DNA of 64,000 nt from the human T2T-CHM13v2.0 reference genome, Homo sapiens: assembly GCF_009914755.1 (NCBI RefSeq), contig NC_060929.1; one strand, 5' to 3'. Positions within the stretch are counted from its first letter, which is position 1, and each line of letters opens with the position of its first letter. Of this stretch, positions 25,631 through 39,498 are shown piece after piece. The notes under the pieces are model-generated. The model ran no database searches and was not told the origin of the DNA. It saw nothing but the letters and a program-made list of their open reading frames with translations. The position numbers and the translations under genes were made by a program.

Positions 25631-27179
25631 ACAAAAACAAAAGTTTTCAGTTAAATGATAAGAACTAAGAAATAAAGGTAATGGAAAAGATTCCATCTAG
25701 GAGCTTAAAGTGAATAAAGCTGTTGAGCATAAAACATAGCTCTGAGTTCCCTGGCAGCCAAGGAGAAGAGGGAAACATACTGGGCCACACAGTTCTCACG
25801 GTTTAGTAGTGGGAAGGGCCTAGCTGAGTACTTTAAGATAATAAAGGAAGGAAACAGAGTCCAGGACACTACTAGCCTGTGATTTTCTGGAGTTTTTTGA
25901 TGGGAGCAAATCATGCGCATTAGGGGTAGAAAAATGAATAAGATCATAAAAAGAGAGAGGTCAGTCTAAGGAACCATGTTCCAGAGAAGCAGACTGAGTG
26001 ATAAACCAGCCAGCAAACCAGGCAGAGGACAGAAAGCTCAAAAAGACAAGTGTAGGCACCACTGCAGGACTGGCCTGCCCTGGATCCCAGCATAAGGGCA
26101 GCTGTTGAACCCAGGCAGCATCAGCAGAGGGGAGGAGAGGGGGGTGAGCATGGCGGCTGGGTCTGGTGAGTGCCCCGCTCTGCATGATTTCTTCTGGGCC
26201 CTGCAATTGGTGATGGGCTGGTTCTTAAGGAGGCAGGATACCTGTGAAAAGAAAGGTTCTAGTACAGCAGCAGAAACGGGCTTTTATTGGCCCTGAGCTT
26301 TGAGAATTTTTAGGATGGCCTTAAATAACAAGTAGAAAGTGACAAGATGTGTGATATGCTCTCTCCCTCATTCATTCATTCACTCATTCATTTATTGAAG
26401 GATCATTTGTTATGCACCTATCCACTGGGGCTCAGTCTCGCCCCGCAGGCAGTTTTCCCAGGAAACATTGATGGTGTTCCCAGAAAGCTGCTGTTTTGCC
26501 CTTGTGCTGTGGGGTGATGAAGGAGGTTCAGCACAATGGCCCCCCACTCACTAAATTCCAGTCATGTGACAACCCCAAAGAGCCCTGTGATGGGGTAGGC
26601 TGCATCAGGGAGGCGTGGCTGCGCCTGCTAAGAACCCCTGGAAGTGGAGGGATGCATAGAGTGTAGCCGGAACCCAGAGGAGGGGAAGATAACTCCTTCC
26701 CAGCCCAAACAGGAAAAGCAGCAGGCAGCCTATGAGCTGGTCCCTGTCAATGAACACTTGGTTCCAGGCTGAGAACACAGGAAGGGGCCTGAAGACAGCA
26801 GGAGCGGAGTCAGGCAGGTGTGGTCTGGGGAAGAAGGCAGGGGAAGAGCTACTGGACCCTAACGCTGTGTCTCACACTGGACAAACTGCTTAGAACTCGG
26901 GAGGCACTTTTGGTTCTTAGACCAGAGGGAGGTGAGATTTGAGGGCTTCTGGAAACCCTAGGAACAAAGTGTCCAAGTTTCCCTTTACAGGCCCACTGCC
27001 CCCCACTCTGCTTTCCCAGGCTGGGGGCAACGTCCAGCCCGGAGCTGGCTCCAAATATCTCACCAACTGGGGCAGCCTAAAACAGGGCAAGACAAGGAAG
27101 GGGCTTTAACAGAAAGACACAGAACGTAGAACCTCAAGTATTTAGGGATTTGTTTCCCCAAATGGAAATAATGTATTCA

Positions 27180-27785
27180 AAAGATAGGAAATCAGTATGT
27201 CAAAGAGATGCCTGCACTCCCAAGTTCGTAAGAGCCAAGGTAAGGAATCAACGTCAGTGTCCATTGACGGATAAGAAAATGTGTACAGACATAATGGAAT
27301 ATGATTCAGCATTAAAAATGAAGAAAATCCTGTCATTTGTGACCACCTGGATGAGCCTGGAGGACATCATGTTAAGAGAAATTAGCCAGGCACAGAAAGA
27401 CAAATACTGCATCATCTCATTTATATGTGGAATCAAAATAAAAGCCAACCTCACAGAAGCAGAGGGTGGAATGGAGGTTACCAGGGGCTGGGGTGGGGTT
27501 GCGGACTGGGGAGATGTTGGTCAAAGGACAAAAATGTCAGTTAGGCAGGAGGAATAAGTACCAGAGATCTATCGTGGAATATGGTGATGTTGTTAATAAC
27601 AATATATTGAATGCCTGAAAATAGCTAAGAAAGTAGATTTTTAAGTGTTCTCACCACAAAAAAGTGTATGAGGTAATGCATATGTTAAATAGACTGATTT
27701 AGCCATTTCACGATGTATACATCTATCAAATGCTGTTGTACACGATAAATACATACAATTCTTATTTGTCAATTAAAAATAAACC
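27180..27785 (+). mobile_element. L1MA 3' end
   Basis: tggatgagcctggaggacatcatgttaagagaaattagccaggcacagaaagacaaatactgca...tgtcaattaaaaataaa. Confidence 0.92.
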
Positions 27786-28449
27786 TAAAAATCTACCGAG
27801 GATTCAGAAAAACAAGAGAAAATCTTCAAACCAGACCATGTTACACATTAATTAGCAGCTCTGAGTCTATGGTTTACATAATAGAAATGATGAAACTTTT
27901 GGACCGCCTGATTTGAGACATAAAAATTATCAGACGGAAGTTAGTCATCTCTCCAGCGCACAAAGGTGTCAACCTTGAAGTACATCAAAAGAAAAAGAAA
28001 TTGTGACGGAGTGTTTGAGTTTTAGCCTCCTCCTAAAAATGCTTCCCAGCCCTTAACTGGTGAGCAAGTGAATTTATTACAGCCAGAGCTGTCATTTGCC
28101 AAGTACATCTTAATTTGGAGAGATGAGCACAAAATGAACTTTTTGGCAGCTCCCAAAAGTTCAAGTGGTGGTTTTCTCTGGATCTTTCATTTGTGTGCGC
28201 GTACCACAGGTAGATGTGTGACTTTCCAATGCTTTTTATGATATGTAGGCAGAGATACCTTGATAGAGAAGCTGTTTTCAATGCCCTTTCCACCCCAGCT
28301 GTGCCCTTTCAGGAGGCTGCAACCCCCAATGGACCTTCATCCCCAAAGGGCTGGTTGCCCTTGAAAACCCTCTTGTCAGCTCCACAATCCACAAAGTCCC
28401 AATCAGTCAGTAATGGGTCCCTTTGATAGACACTCTTCTATTTAAAGCA

Positions 28450-28650
28450 ATTTTTATGTATCTACTATGTGCCAGGCCCTGTACTAAGCCCAGAAAGTGC
28501 ATTAATTTTATTTACTCCTCAAACAACCCTGTGAGTTAAGTATGAATATTATCTCAGAGATTACAGAGTTGTGAATTTACTTGTTACAGCTAGTCAGTAG
28601 TGAGTCTAAGATGCAAACCCAACTCCCTGACCAGCAAGTCAGAACTCTTG
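28450..28650 (-). mobile_element. MIR
   Basis: tactatgtgccaggccctgtactaag...ctcaaacaaccctgtgag. Confidence 0.75.
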
Positions 28651-28834
28651 ATGGCAGTACTGGGTTGCTCTGAACATATATTTTGAAAATATGTTTCATT
28701 TGTATAGATTGGAAAAATTGTCTTAGAAGCACCATTGGCACTAATCAATTAAAATCTATTACACGTTATAAATACACCATGGACACTGCTTTTCTGTTCT
28801 TTGGAAAATGATGTATTGCTAAAAGATCTCCCAC

Positions 28835-28945
28835 CTACCTTCTTCCCTCCCTTTTCCCTTTTCCTCCATCCCTCCCTCCCTTTCTGCCTCCATCCTTCTT
28901 CCCTCCTTTTCTTCCTTCCTTCATTCTCCTCCTAGTTCCTTCTCA
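28835..28945. repeat. CT-rich low-complexity tract
   Basis: (CCTT/CCCT)n-like. Confidence 0.85.
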
Positions 28946-30619
28946 TTCTCATTGATGAAATGACTATATGTAAACAATGAAAAGTGATGGTTCATTTCAT
29001 TGAGTGGAGGTGGGTTGATGTCCCTCAGGAAGGTTTGCAAATCCAGGCCTGGCTCACTCCACTGCAAATGCCCCTGTGATGAGGGTGCTGTGTTTGCCCT
29101 GCACCAAACAGCCTTGGCAGCTGGGGCTCCCTGACCCAGAAATGGGTGATTAAATTAAGAGTGTCTTCATTTGTTAACGTGAAAAGGCTGCCTTGGGTTC
29201 ATCTGGAAGCCTGTGATTAGCAGATACACATCCGTACACTACAGACCCCATAAGTAATAATTAGAGAGAGAATAACCGGTCATGTTACTCATGTTCCACC
29301 TGGTCCTGTTGTCTCCAAGGGTTGTGTTTCTAGTCCAGCTGTTTTTTTCTAGAGTGAGAACCTGAGGGGGGTTCTCACTGAACAGGGGTTCAGCTGGTTC
29401 TTACGCTGTCTCCCCATCCTGTGCACCTTGACTGATTTGCAGGTTGAAATGGAAAAGGAAGTAGGCCTTCCACAAAGCAATGAGCAGCAGGCATGCCTGA
29501 GACCATTACAAAGCCAGTGGCCCTGTTATTTGGAATTTTCACTTTAAAAAAACTAACAGTTTCCCATCTCTGCTCCCTTTATCCCTGCTGAACTGAAGGC
29601 TGATCTGTTTGGTGGCAAGTGGTGATCAGCTGGTAGATGATAAGAAAATTATTGTTTATTAATATAGCTGTCAAAATATTGCTAAAAATAGTGTAATGTC
29701 TTCTCCTTAGTGTTGTTTCAGAGCTTTTGGTAGCTAGAAGCTGGTAATTAACACCTGAGATGGGATGAAATGGGCGTTCTTGCACCATATGTGTCTCTGG
29801 GCTGAAGCCGAGAGAGCTGCTTCTGAATGTGGCTAGCTTCCATTTGCTGATGAGGAATTTGTTGTTCATCGAGAGGAAAATCTCATAAATTCACCCCCAC
29901 TATGAGTTTGTATCATCACACATTATGTGCCTATCTACTACATACAGAGCTTTAGGCTAGCCCTGGGAAGACAGTTGTCTCAGCCTGGCAAGTCTGATGG
30001 GGAAAACAGCAGTGTTGAGCCCTAGAGATACTCTTCTAAGGGCTTTTCATATATTAACTTGTTAATATATGAAATACTGAATAACTAAAAACCAAAAGGC
30101 TAGGCACTTTGGTCACCCAGATAGTCAGTGGCAAAGCTGGAATACCACCTCAGTCTGTCTATACAGGCTCCAGAGTCCACGTTCTTCATCATGGTGGTAC
30201 ACAGGTAATCATAAGACATTCTACATTCTTTAATAGGGAAACACAGAGAGCCTGTGGCTCTGGGGTGACCAGTTTCCTGGAATCTGCAAGTATTCTCCCA
30301 GTGCTAGTGGAATATCTTTGATCATACAGCGCTATTATTTTTTTAAAAAAGCATTTCCTTTATTGTATGTTTTTTACTTTACACACTGTATGCTTGTACC
30401 ACTGTACTAATGTATTTCATACTTTAAAACACATGCAAAGTAGAAATGAAAAAAGATAAGATAAAAATTAACTAGAAATGAACATTTAAAAATGTTCCCC
30501 AGGGAGAGTATATTCCCTTCATTTTTTTAGTCTACTGCACTAGAGGGCAGGGCATGTTTTCAGGTTAATGCCTCCTGTATTTCTAGAGTTTCTTGAAGTT
30601 CCTAGGACATATCAAGTCT

Positions 30620-30896
30620 TCAATGAATGTTTGTGAGTGATTGGATGGATGGGTGGATGCGTGGATATATAGATGAATAGATGGATGGAGGAATAGATGG
30701 GTAGATGGGTGGATGGATGGGTCAGTGGATGGATGGATGGATGGATGGATGGATGGATGGATGGATGAATGGGTGGATATATAGATGAATGAATGGATGG
30801 GTGGGTGGGTGGGTGGGTGGATATATAGATGAATCAATGAATAGATAGATGGATGGGTGGGTGGGTGAGTGGATACATGAACAAGTGGGTGGATAG
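30620..30896. repeat. (TGGA)n/(TGGG)n compound microsatellite grown from an L2 tail
   Basis: Pure (GGAT)n core at 30727-30766 with degenerate flanks. Confidence 0.95.
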
Positions 30897-30899
30897 AGT

Positions 30900-31390
30900 T
30901 GAGAAAGACATTCTAGAGGAGATAGTGTTTGAAGTATAGATCAATATTTGGGAAGTAGGAACAGTGGAGAAAGTATGTCAGACAGACTAAACAGCTGTGT
31001 AGAGGCCAAGGAGCATGTTTCTGAAAGAGCAGGAAGACCCCTGCCTAGGGTGCTATTGGTGTGGGGGTGTGGATTATGGAAGAACTTTGAGTATTACATT
31101 CAGCATTTGGCCCTCATGGTGCAGGAGTAGAGGCTGTCTTGACCTGTGAGCAGGACATAATGGTCACTCTGTCCACTGGGAGGAATAGCTTGGAAAGGGA
31201 AGATGGCAGAGCAGGGAGACCAGTAAGAAAGTCATTGCAATGTTTGGATGACACATTCCTCGAAGGGAGAAGGTTTAGAACTTGCTGATTAATTGCAAGA
31301 TTTGGAGTAATAAGCAAGGGGCAGGCATTTACCAGGGCTCTGGCTTGGGTAGATGGGTGGTCTTGTCATTAACTGAGACAGGGAACTTAG
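30900..31390 (-). mobile_element. L2 fragment
   Basis: gcagggagaccagtaagaaagtcattgcaat...ggctctggcttggg...ttaactgagacagggaac. Confidence 0.7.
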
Positions 31391-31409
31391 AATGTTCTTT
31401 TAAGGCCAA

Positions 31410-31560
31410 TAACCATGGTGAACAAATATTGAGTGATGATTACATGCTGGGTGCTTTCCACTTCTCATCTCATTTAATCATCATGAAGGTGTACTATTTC
31501 ATTGTCATTTTATAAAGGAGAAAGCTCAGGATCAGAGCAGATAAGTAACTTGGGCGGAGG
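31410..31560 (-). mobile_element. MIR
   Basis: tctcatttaatcatca...gctcaggatcagagcagataagtaacttg. Confidence 0.7.
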
Positions 31561-31931
31561 GCCAGCTCTCATTCTCCATTGAAATAAGCTTATTTTTTAA
31601 CGGGAGAATATTTTTCAAAGTATTACGTTTTAATAGGGCAGGTAATCCATGAATACTTATTCTCCTTATAAAACATAATTCCATATTATAGACAGCCTAC
31701 ATTAATATGATCATGACCTTCATCCTACTCTTTTTCTCCACCCTTCAGAGAAATGGACCTTGACAGTTTGGAGTGTATCCTTCCAGGTCTTTTTCTATGA
31801 AGTCACCATGTGCATATACATGGAAGAAGAATAATTTTTTGTACATTTTCATATAGTACATATTTGTTTACTTACTCAAATAATATTTACCGAATACCTA
31901 AAATATAAATATGCCAGTCATATTTCAAGGA

Positions 31932-32107
31932 CCGGGCTTGATGAACTTTTGATAAAGGGACAAATAGTAAATATTTTAGAATTTGCTGGCTACACATGTT
32001 CTCCAAGGGATACACTTCCTTATTTTTAGTATAACTCTGTACACACTTAAAAACTCGGAGGTCTGGGGCCAGATTTGGCCTATGGGCCTTATCTTGCTGA
32101 TCCCTGT
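31932..32107. mobile_element. MER58A (hAT-Charlie)
   Basis: taaagggacaaatagtaaatattttag...ggccagatttggcc...ttgctgatccctg. Confidence 0.8.
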
Positions 32108-32789
32108 TCTAGGAGATGGGAATGTACCAGTGAGCAAAATGGATAAAAATCCCTTTTACTCAACACTACACCCTCAAAACTTCTTCCCCTTATGTCGTGT
32201 AATTCTGTCTCATTCTTTTAAATTCCCGCACAGCCTTTCTTAGCATGGATTGTAATTATTTCTCAAATCTGGCTTTCCTACTCACCATAACCCTAGCTCC
32301 TTGAGGATAGGGACTACGACAAAGTCATCTTGGCTTTTCAAAAGCTCAGCAGAAGGTTTGGCCCAAAGAATACTGGATGAATTACTAAGCAAATGAATGC
32401 AAATGTTCATAAAATGAAGAATGATGAACTACGTAGTCAGTGGACTCCTGAATTTTTGGAGTAATTGCATGAAGACTGTTTTCTGGACTAGATGGACCAC
32501 AGGGCCAACTTATGTCTAATCTTCTGGATTTCTTAGGTCAGTTTGTATGTCACCCAGAGTGTGCACAGGGATGTTGGAAGGTCACCTGAGTAGTCAGGAG
32601 TGGAGTTATGACCACTAGTTCAGAAGGTGAGGGGCGATCTACCAATGTTTCTGAAGTTATGTTTCACTGAGTTCTGCTAGACATTATGAATTTGTGTAGC
32701 ACGAGATACAGAGCATTTTTATGGGCATGGGATGCAGGGTGCACATGGAAAGAGAGTGTTTACCAGGAAATAGTATATCATCACCAGTT

Positions 32790-32970
32790 TTTGTACATCC
32801 CATCTACTTCTTGTGAGAATTTGAGCAAAATGACTTCATGTCTCTGAGCCTCTGTTTTTGTACCTGCAAAATGAAGATAAAGTCCCCATATCATAGGGTT
32901 TCTGTGAAGACTAAAGTTGGTGGTATTTTGAAAACACTTTGCAAAGTGCCTGAAATACTTACTTCTTGGT
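32790..32970 (+). mobile_element. MIR
   Basis: ttgagcaaaatgacttcatgtctctgagcctctgtttt..ctgcaaaatgaagataa. Confidence 0.8.
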
Positions 32971-35021
32971 CCTGAAAATTTTCAGAGCACTTCCCCTGTA
33001 TGGATTAGAACAAACTGAGATTGTTATTACTATCAGCTTTTGTTACAGCGAGTCCAGACTATCAAGGGACTCGGAGCTCAGGCCACAGTCTCTCTCCTTC
33101 ATTCTCCATCCAGTGCAGGGCCAAGCAATCCTGATTCTCACATGCGCCGCTCCAGCTTCATCCTGAGGGGCTTCAACTGTGTGAAGGGGCCCGGGACCCA
33201 CAGCTGAGGCCGCTCGCTGCTTGTGGGGAGTGGGCTGCAGGGGAAGGTGTGATCGTGCAGCTGAGCCACAGCCAAAATTAGCAGGCGTCCATCCTGATGG
33301 GGTCAGAGAGGGCACTGTGGCCCTTATGTGGCAGGATAACCCCTGTTCTCTCACAGAAACATGAAAACAAGCGCTCCTGATTTGGACCGCGGGGGCCTAA
33401 AGCAGAGCTTTATCAGCCAAGATCACTGGTTCTCTCTCCAGTGGAGGCAGATTCTCCGCCTGAGTTTGGGAGATGGTCTGGGGGACTCAAAATGCCCAAA
33501 CGCACAGGCACGAGTCTTGGTCTGTTTATCTCCTCTCTGACTCCCCACTGTGGTGTTCGAAGATTCAGATTCCGCCTAGATTATTTCCCTAGGGGAAAGT
33601 GGAATCAGAAGGCTGGCACAAGCTGACACAATACAAGCGACCTGATCATCTCTTCTTGGTTCCTCTCTTGGGCTGCGCTGAGCCCCCATTTCCTGGCACA
33701 TTACTTTCCTCTCTGTATACATGCCCTGTTCTCTTTTCTCTACCGGCCAGGCCCTGTGAGTGCAGGCAGAGTCTGCACCGCCCTCAGTGGGAGTCCACTG
33801 GGGCCCTTTGTGTCCTGCCCCATTTCCACCATCACCTGCCAGCATGAACTCCCTGAGGCCCTCCCTTTCTTGGTAGGTGCAAATCCGGGTTCCCTTGAGT
33901 CACGTTCTGATTGATTGAGCCTAGAGGCAGGCTGGGCTTCAGGCAGGCACCCACCCACTTCTGGCTCTGTCTCTGTCCGGGACGACCACCTGCCCTGCTG
34001 CTAAATCAGGCTTCATTCTTGCCACCATGTTACATCCTTATACTCGGAGAAGAGAGTTTCAATCACTTTCCTAGAATTTAGGTTTTTCTGTCTCCCACTG
34101 AGCCCTGAAACAAGTTACTATTTTTAAATTGAGAAATTAAAAACAACTTGGAAAGCAGCTAGGGTCCTTACACATAATTTGAAGTCAAATCTCATTTTGA
34201 CTGAGGCCCCACCAATTACCAACTGGATGGACAATTTTCTCATGTTTAAAATGAGGATAAAAATATCCACCTCAAAGGTCTGATTGTTGGGGGGAGGGGT
34301 GCAAATTGAATAAGGTCTAGCCTATTATTAAGACTCTATTTCAATGGACAAAATTTCCATTCAAACTGCTTAAGTTGGTGAGCTCATGGGCCGGATAAAG
34401 GGGAAATGGAAGCACGCTTGCTTCAGGCATCATTGCATCCAGAGGTCAGGGCAGTTGCCATTTGGCTCCTCCATTTGCTGCAATCCAGCTTCATCCTTAG
34501 ACAGGATCCTTCACACTGTGTAAGGTGGCCCCAGAGGCCCATGCACCTCCTGGACGGCACTCTCAGATAAAGACATCATCTCTCTGCTGAGAGATCCAGG
34601 GTACATCCCACCAGAGACTTTGGTTTTCCTTAGAGAAGGACCAACAGACATGGCAGAGCTTCCCAGTTTGCCTTTGCGTTAAATCCTTTCCTGTTTCCCT
34701 CCCCCGCTTTTTGCCATTTCCCCTGCCCCTGCACCTTGACTAGATGACAAACACCTTGCACAAACAGTTCTAGGAAATACAGTTCTGACAGTTATAGGGA
34801 TGGGACTGCACCCACGGACCTGAGCAAGAGGTGTCAGAACAGGAACAACCTTCAAACACAACTTTTTACAGATTAAAGATGAAAACTGCTATCTGAGCCA
34901 GGTTACAAGGATATGTACCCCTCATTTTTTTTTTTTTTTTTTTACTCTATCAAATTCCAACCACACTTCAACTTGGGTGACCTAATCTTCAGGTATTTCC
35001 TGGTATGTATCAGCTGAATGA

Positions 35022-35501
<480 letters not shown>

Positions 35502-38186
35502 TAGGGGATGACTAGGTCCCCAAAGGAAGGAATGCAGGACAAGGAAATCTATCTCCTACCCTCAGCATTTATAGTAAGAGCTTACTAGATGTCAAATAGA
35601 TGTCATTTCCAAACCTGGGTCCGTGCTCTTTCCCAGTGTTTCATCAAAAAGCAGATGCCAGAATTTGGGAGGATTGAAGATATTCATTCCCATAATAACT
35701 GCGATAGATAGAGATTTGAACCAGATAAAACTCCAGATGACAGCAAAACTGCCCCAATTTGCTAACCTAGGAAGCAAACCCAAATCTAGTTTTTTGCTGT
35801 TTTGCAAATGAAGATAATATATTGGGAAGTGACCATTACAAAATTGAAAAATTTCATAATATCAGAGACTTTGAACTGGAATAAAGTGGAAATTTCAAAT
35901 TACCCTAATTAGCATTAATTATGTTTCTGTTGACTCCCATGGAAGAGTCTTAATAATAGGTTATGGTTTTTCATATTTGGCCCCAACAATCAGACCTTTG
36001 AGGTGGATATTTTCATCTGTATCTGAAAGAAGAAATGAACTGAATGGTGGGGGATGGGGCAAAGTGTGTGACTAAAGTTCTCGGCAATGTCCCTTTATTT
36101 AGTTCAGAAAAAAAACCAAAAAAGAGTCAAGAGAAATATTAGCAGACCTGATGTGGTGGATCTAAAGCTCTGGCTGGGAGCTAAAGTTGGAAATAACATT
36201 TAATAATGCTAATAAATCATTTTTAAGTTATTCATTTTAAATAAGCACTCTTCTGACATCTTAAAGGGCAACAATTTTTTTTTAACTTTAAAATCTCATT
36301 ACATTGCAAATTAGAACAAAAAGTGAAGGAGGCAGAGGCAGCCCTGGCTTGAACCTAAATTAGAAACCAGACAAACATGGATTTAATTCTCAATTGCATC
36401 ATTTTCTCAATTGCATAACTACAGCTGGGGGATCTGGGCAGTCATTCTGGTAGAAGTTCCTCAAGCCATCACGGATGCAATGTGCATAATGTCACATTAT
36501 GCAATGTGGACATTGGGAATTCCTTTGCTGTCACTTTAGCCTACAGGCATGGTTGGCACAGGATAAAAGTCGCAGAAGCCCCAGACATGGTCTGCTCGGG
36601 TGAATAGTTTTGTAACCCATTGCAAAGGTCAGACCCAGGGTACCTGAGACCTGGAGCAATTGGTGTCCCAGTTTTAGGGCCAGGGTTGAAATAACTGCCG
36701 AATTTCATGGGCATATGACATCTTCCTCCTTCTGCCAGACTGGAGAATGATGGTCTCATCACAAAGAGAACAGAAGTGCAAACAGTGCCATTCCCCCTCT
36801 TCCTTATCCCATCAGTGAGAGTAGCCTGAAGTTATAGTGGGGAAACCTAAAACCTGTGAAGCTTTGTTTTTCTAAGTGAAAAACATAAAACACAGAGAAA
36901 AGGGCATAATATTGAAATGTGCACCGAACAAGTAGTTATTAAGCAAGAAACTTATTAAATAACACATAATGAACTCCCAGATTAAAGAAAGATAGAAGAC
37001 AGAGCGCTTATGTTTTCTTCCCAATCACCATCTCCTCCTTCTCTTCTACAAACAACCAAGATCTCAACATTTATGGTAATAATTTTCTTGCTTTTTAAAA
37101 AATTGTTTTATAACTTGAGAACACATTCAAAAATAAAAGTTTATATTTCCCTGAGTTTAAACTTTATATAAATAGAATCACCCTGTATGTATTCTTTTGT
37201 ATCTTGCTTTCTTTTCTCAGCTATGTTTGTAGGATGCATGTATGCTGTTGAGAGTGCCTGTAGCCATTTTTAAAAGTTGTTTCATAGATTCCAGTGCATA
37301 AATCTACCATTGCAATATATTTATCCATTCCACTGTTCATGGGCATTTGAGTTGTTTCAAGTGTACATACAATGCAATTATAAGTAATGCTGCTATCAAT
37401 ATTCCTGTATATTATCCTGGGATATGCAGCCTGCATTTCTTCAGGGTACATACCTAGGAATGGAATTGCTGGGTCCCAGGGTTCCTGCTTACTCAACTTT
37501 ATGAGATAATGCATACTGTTTTCTAAAGGGATTGTCTCAACTTTACACTACCAACAGATAACTGTTAAATTGTTTAATTTTTGCAAATCTCACAGGAGTC
37601 TTGGATTTAATTTGCATTTCTCTGATTAATGGTGAGGTTAAACACGCTTTCATACATTTTGGGCCATTTGGCTTTTCTCTTTTACGAAGTGCTTGTTCAA
37701 ATCTCTTGCCCATTTCCTTGATTGGGCATTCTGGCTTTTTCTTATGGACTCTTACGGTTCTTCATATATTCAGGCTACCTGTTCTTTGCTAGTCATCTGT
37801 ATCGCATGTATTTTCTATCACTCTATTGTTTTTCTTTTCACTCTTTTAAAAAAACACAGTGAATTTAAATAATCCGGAGTCTTTAGCTTAATGGAGCTTA
37901 GTTTCTCTATTTCTGTTTATGATTAGTTAGTGATGGATTTCTTAACCAGAAACCAAATCATTGTCATAATCTGATCATGATAATGATCATGATTATTCTC
38001 TTTTACAGGCTTCATGGTTTTGCCTTAATCCCATTATAAGTGAAATCAATGGGTTGAAATTCGTTTTGGTTCACAATGCAAATTTTTCTTCTTTCTTTAT
38101 CTAATTGTCCTAATACTATATATGCTGTTCAAATCTTCTGTAACCTTACTATATTTTTTTGTGTTGTCCTATCATTACATAAAGAC

Positions 38187-38385
38187 GCCCAACCCTGGGC
38201 AACACAGTGAGACTTTTTCTCTACAAAAACTTTTAAAAATTAGCCGAGTATGGTGGGTAGCACATGCCTATAGTCAGAGCCACTCGGGAGGCTGAGGTGG
38301 AAGGATCGCTTGAGACTGGGAGATTGAGGCTGCAGTGAGCTATGCTAATGTTACTGCACTTCAGCCTGGGGAACAGAGTGAGACT
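38187..38385 (+). mobile_element. AluJ/FRAM-like, 5'-truncated
   Basis: cctgggcaacacagtgagac...ggaggctgaggtggaaggatcgcttgag...ggctgcagtgagctatg. Confidence 0.9.
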
Positions 38386-38706
38386 TTTTTTTTTTTTGAA
38401 GGCCTGTTAAAATCTCCCCCTGTGGCTACAGATATGTCTATTTTACTTTTTAAGTCTATAAATATTTGCTTTATATATTTTAAGGCTGTGTTACTATGTG
38501 TTTACAAATTTTAAAATTGGTATGGCTTCTTGATAAATTGATGAATCTTTGATCAGTAGTAAATGACTTCCTTCTTTAGTAATGCGTTTTGCTTTAAAGT
38601 CTACTTAGCTCATAATAAAAACCTACAGCAGATTTCCTTTGGTTAGTATATATGGTTTATAAACCCATTTGCTTTCAACCTTCCTATGTCCTTTATCTTA
38701 GAAGTA

Positions 38707-39265
38707 CAGTTGATCCTCATTATTTGTAGATTCCATATTTGCAAATTAACCTACTTGCTAAAACTTATTCGTAACCTCAAAATCAATGCTTGTGGCACTG
38801 TCATGGCCATTTGTGGACATGTTCAAAGCAGCTAAAAATTTGAGTCACTTGATGTGCATGCTCCTAGCTGAAGTCCAATAAGGCGATACTCTCGGCCTTC
38901 TTGTTTTCGGCAGCTTCATACAGACATAACCAGAGGATGGAGAAATGAAGATGGTAGGGGCTAGGGGCAGTAGAGTGCAAGTTCTGGCTCTGGGGCCAGT
39001 TGGATTAGGTTTTAATCCCAATTCTAGCACCTGTTAGTGGGGCAGCCTCAGGCAAGCCACTTAACATTTCTGAACCTTGTTTTCTCTTTTGTAAAAAGTA
39101 AAATAGGTTGTATCAGGATGAATTTTGAAGATTTAAGATGATAATTTACATTAGATGATATAAATAGATATAATTTTCCCCGGAAGCAATGGTTCAGTAT
39201 TTGCTAATTCAGTGCTCATGGTGACTTTCTGGTATGCAACAACTGTGAATATTGAGAATTGACTA
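38707..39265. mobile_element. TcMar-Tigger MITE (MER82-like) with foreign middle
   Basis: ta|cagttgatcctcattatt and aatattgagaattgacta form degenerate TIRs; body matches recalled MER82 text. Confidence 0.75.
38960..39150 (+). mobile_element. MIR
   Basis: ggctctggggccag...ttttaatcccaattctagcac...ggcaagccacttaacatttctgaacc. Confidence 0.8.
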
Positions 39266-39498
39266 TGTGTAGCTCATAAATAATATAGAGATATATTTTG
39301 TGGGTTTTGAAGAAAATGTATGTACTTAAATTAACAATCTGTTGTCTTTTGTCTGAATGATTTAGTCTATTTGCCTTCAATAGAATTAATGCTATATCAT
39401 CATTCATTGGTTTTGAGAAGCCCATCTCTTTGACCTCTTGACATCTCTGAAGTTAGCATGCACTCACTATTGGCCAAATGGTGCTATGATGTAGCTGT

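Noticed and set aside
27150-27557. 135-aa ORF with L1 ORF2 C-terminal similarity (MEYDSALK...TWMSLEDIML)
   Set aside because: Relic of a 5'-truncated L1MA; non-functional.
30583-30837. IHPS-repeat ORF
   Set aside because: Translation of the (TGGA)n microsatellite.
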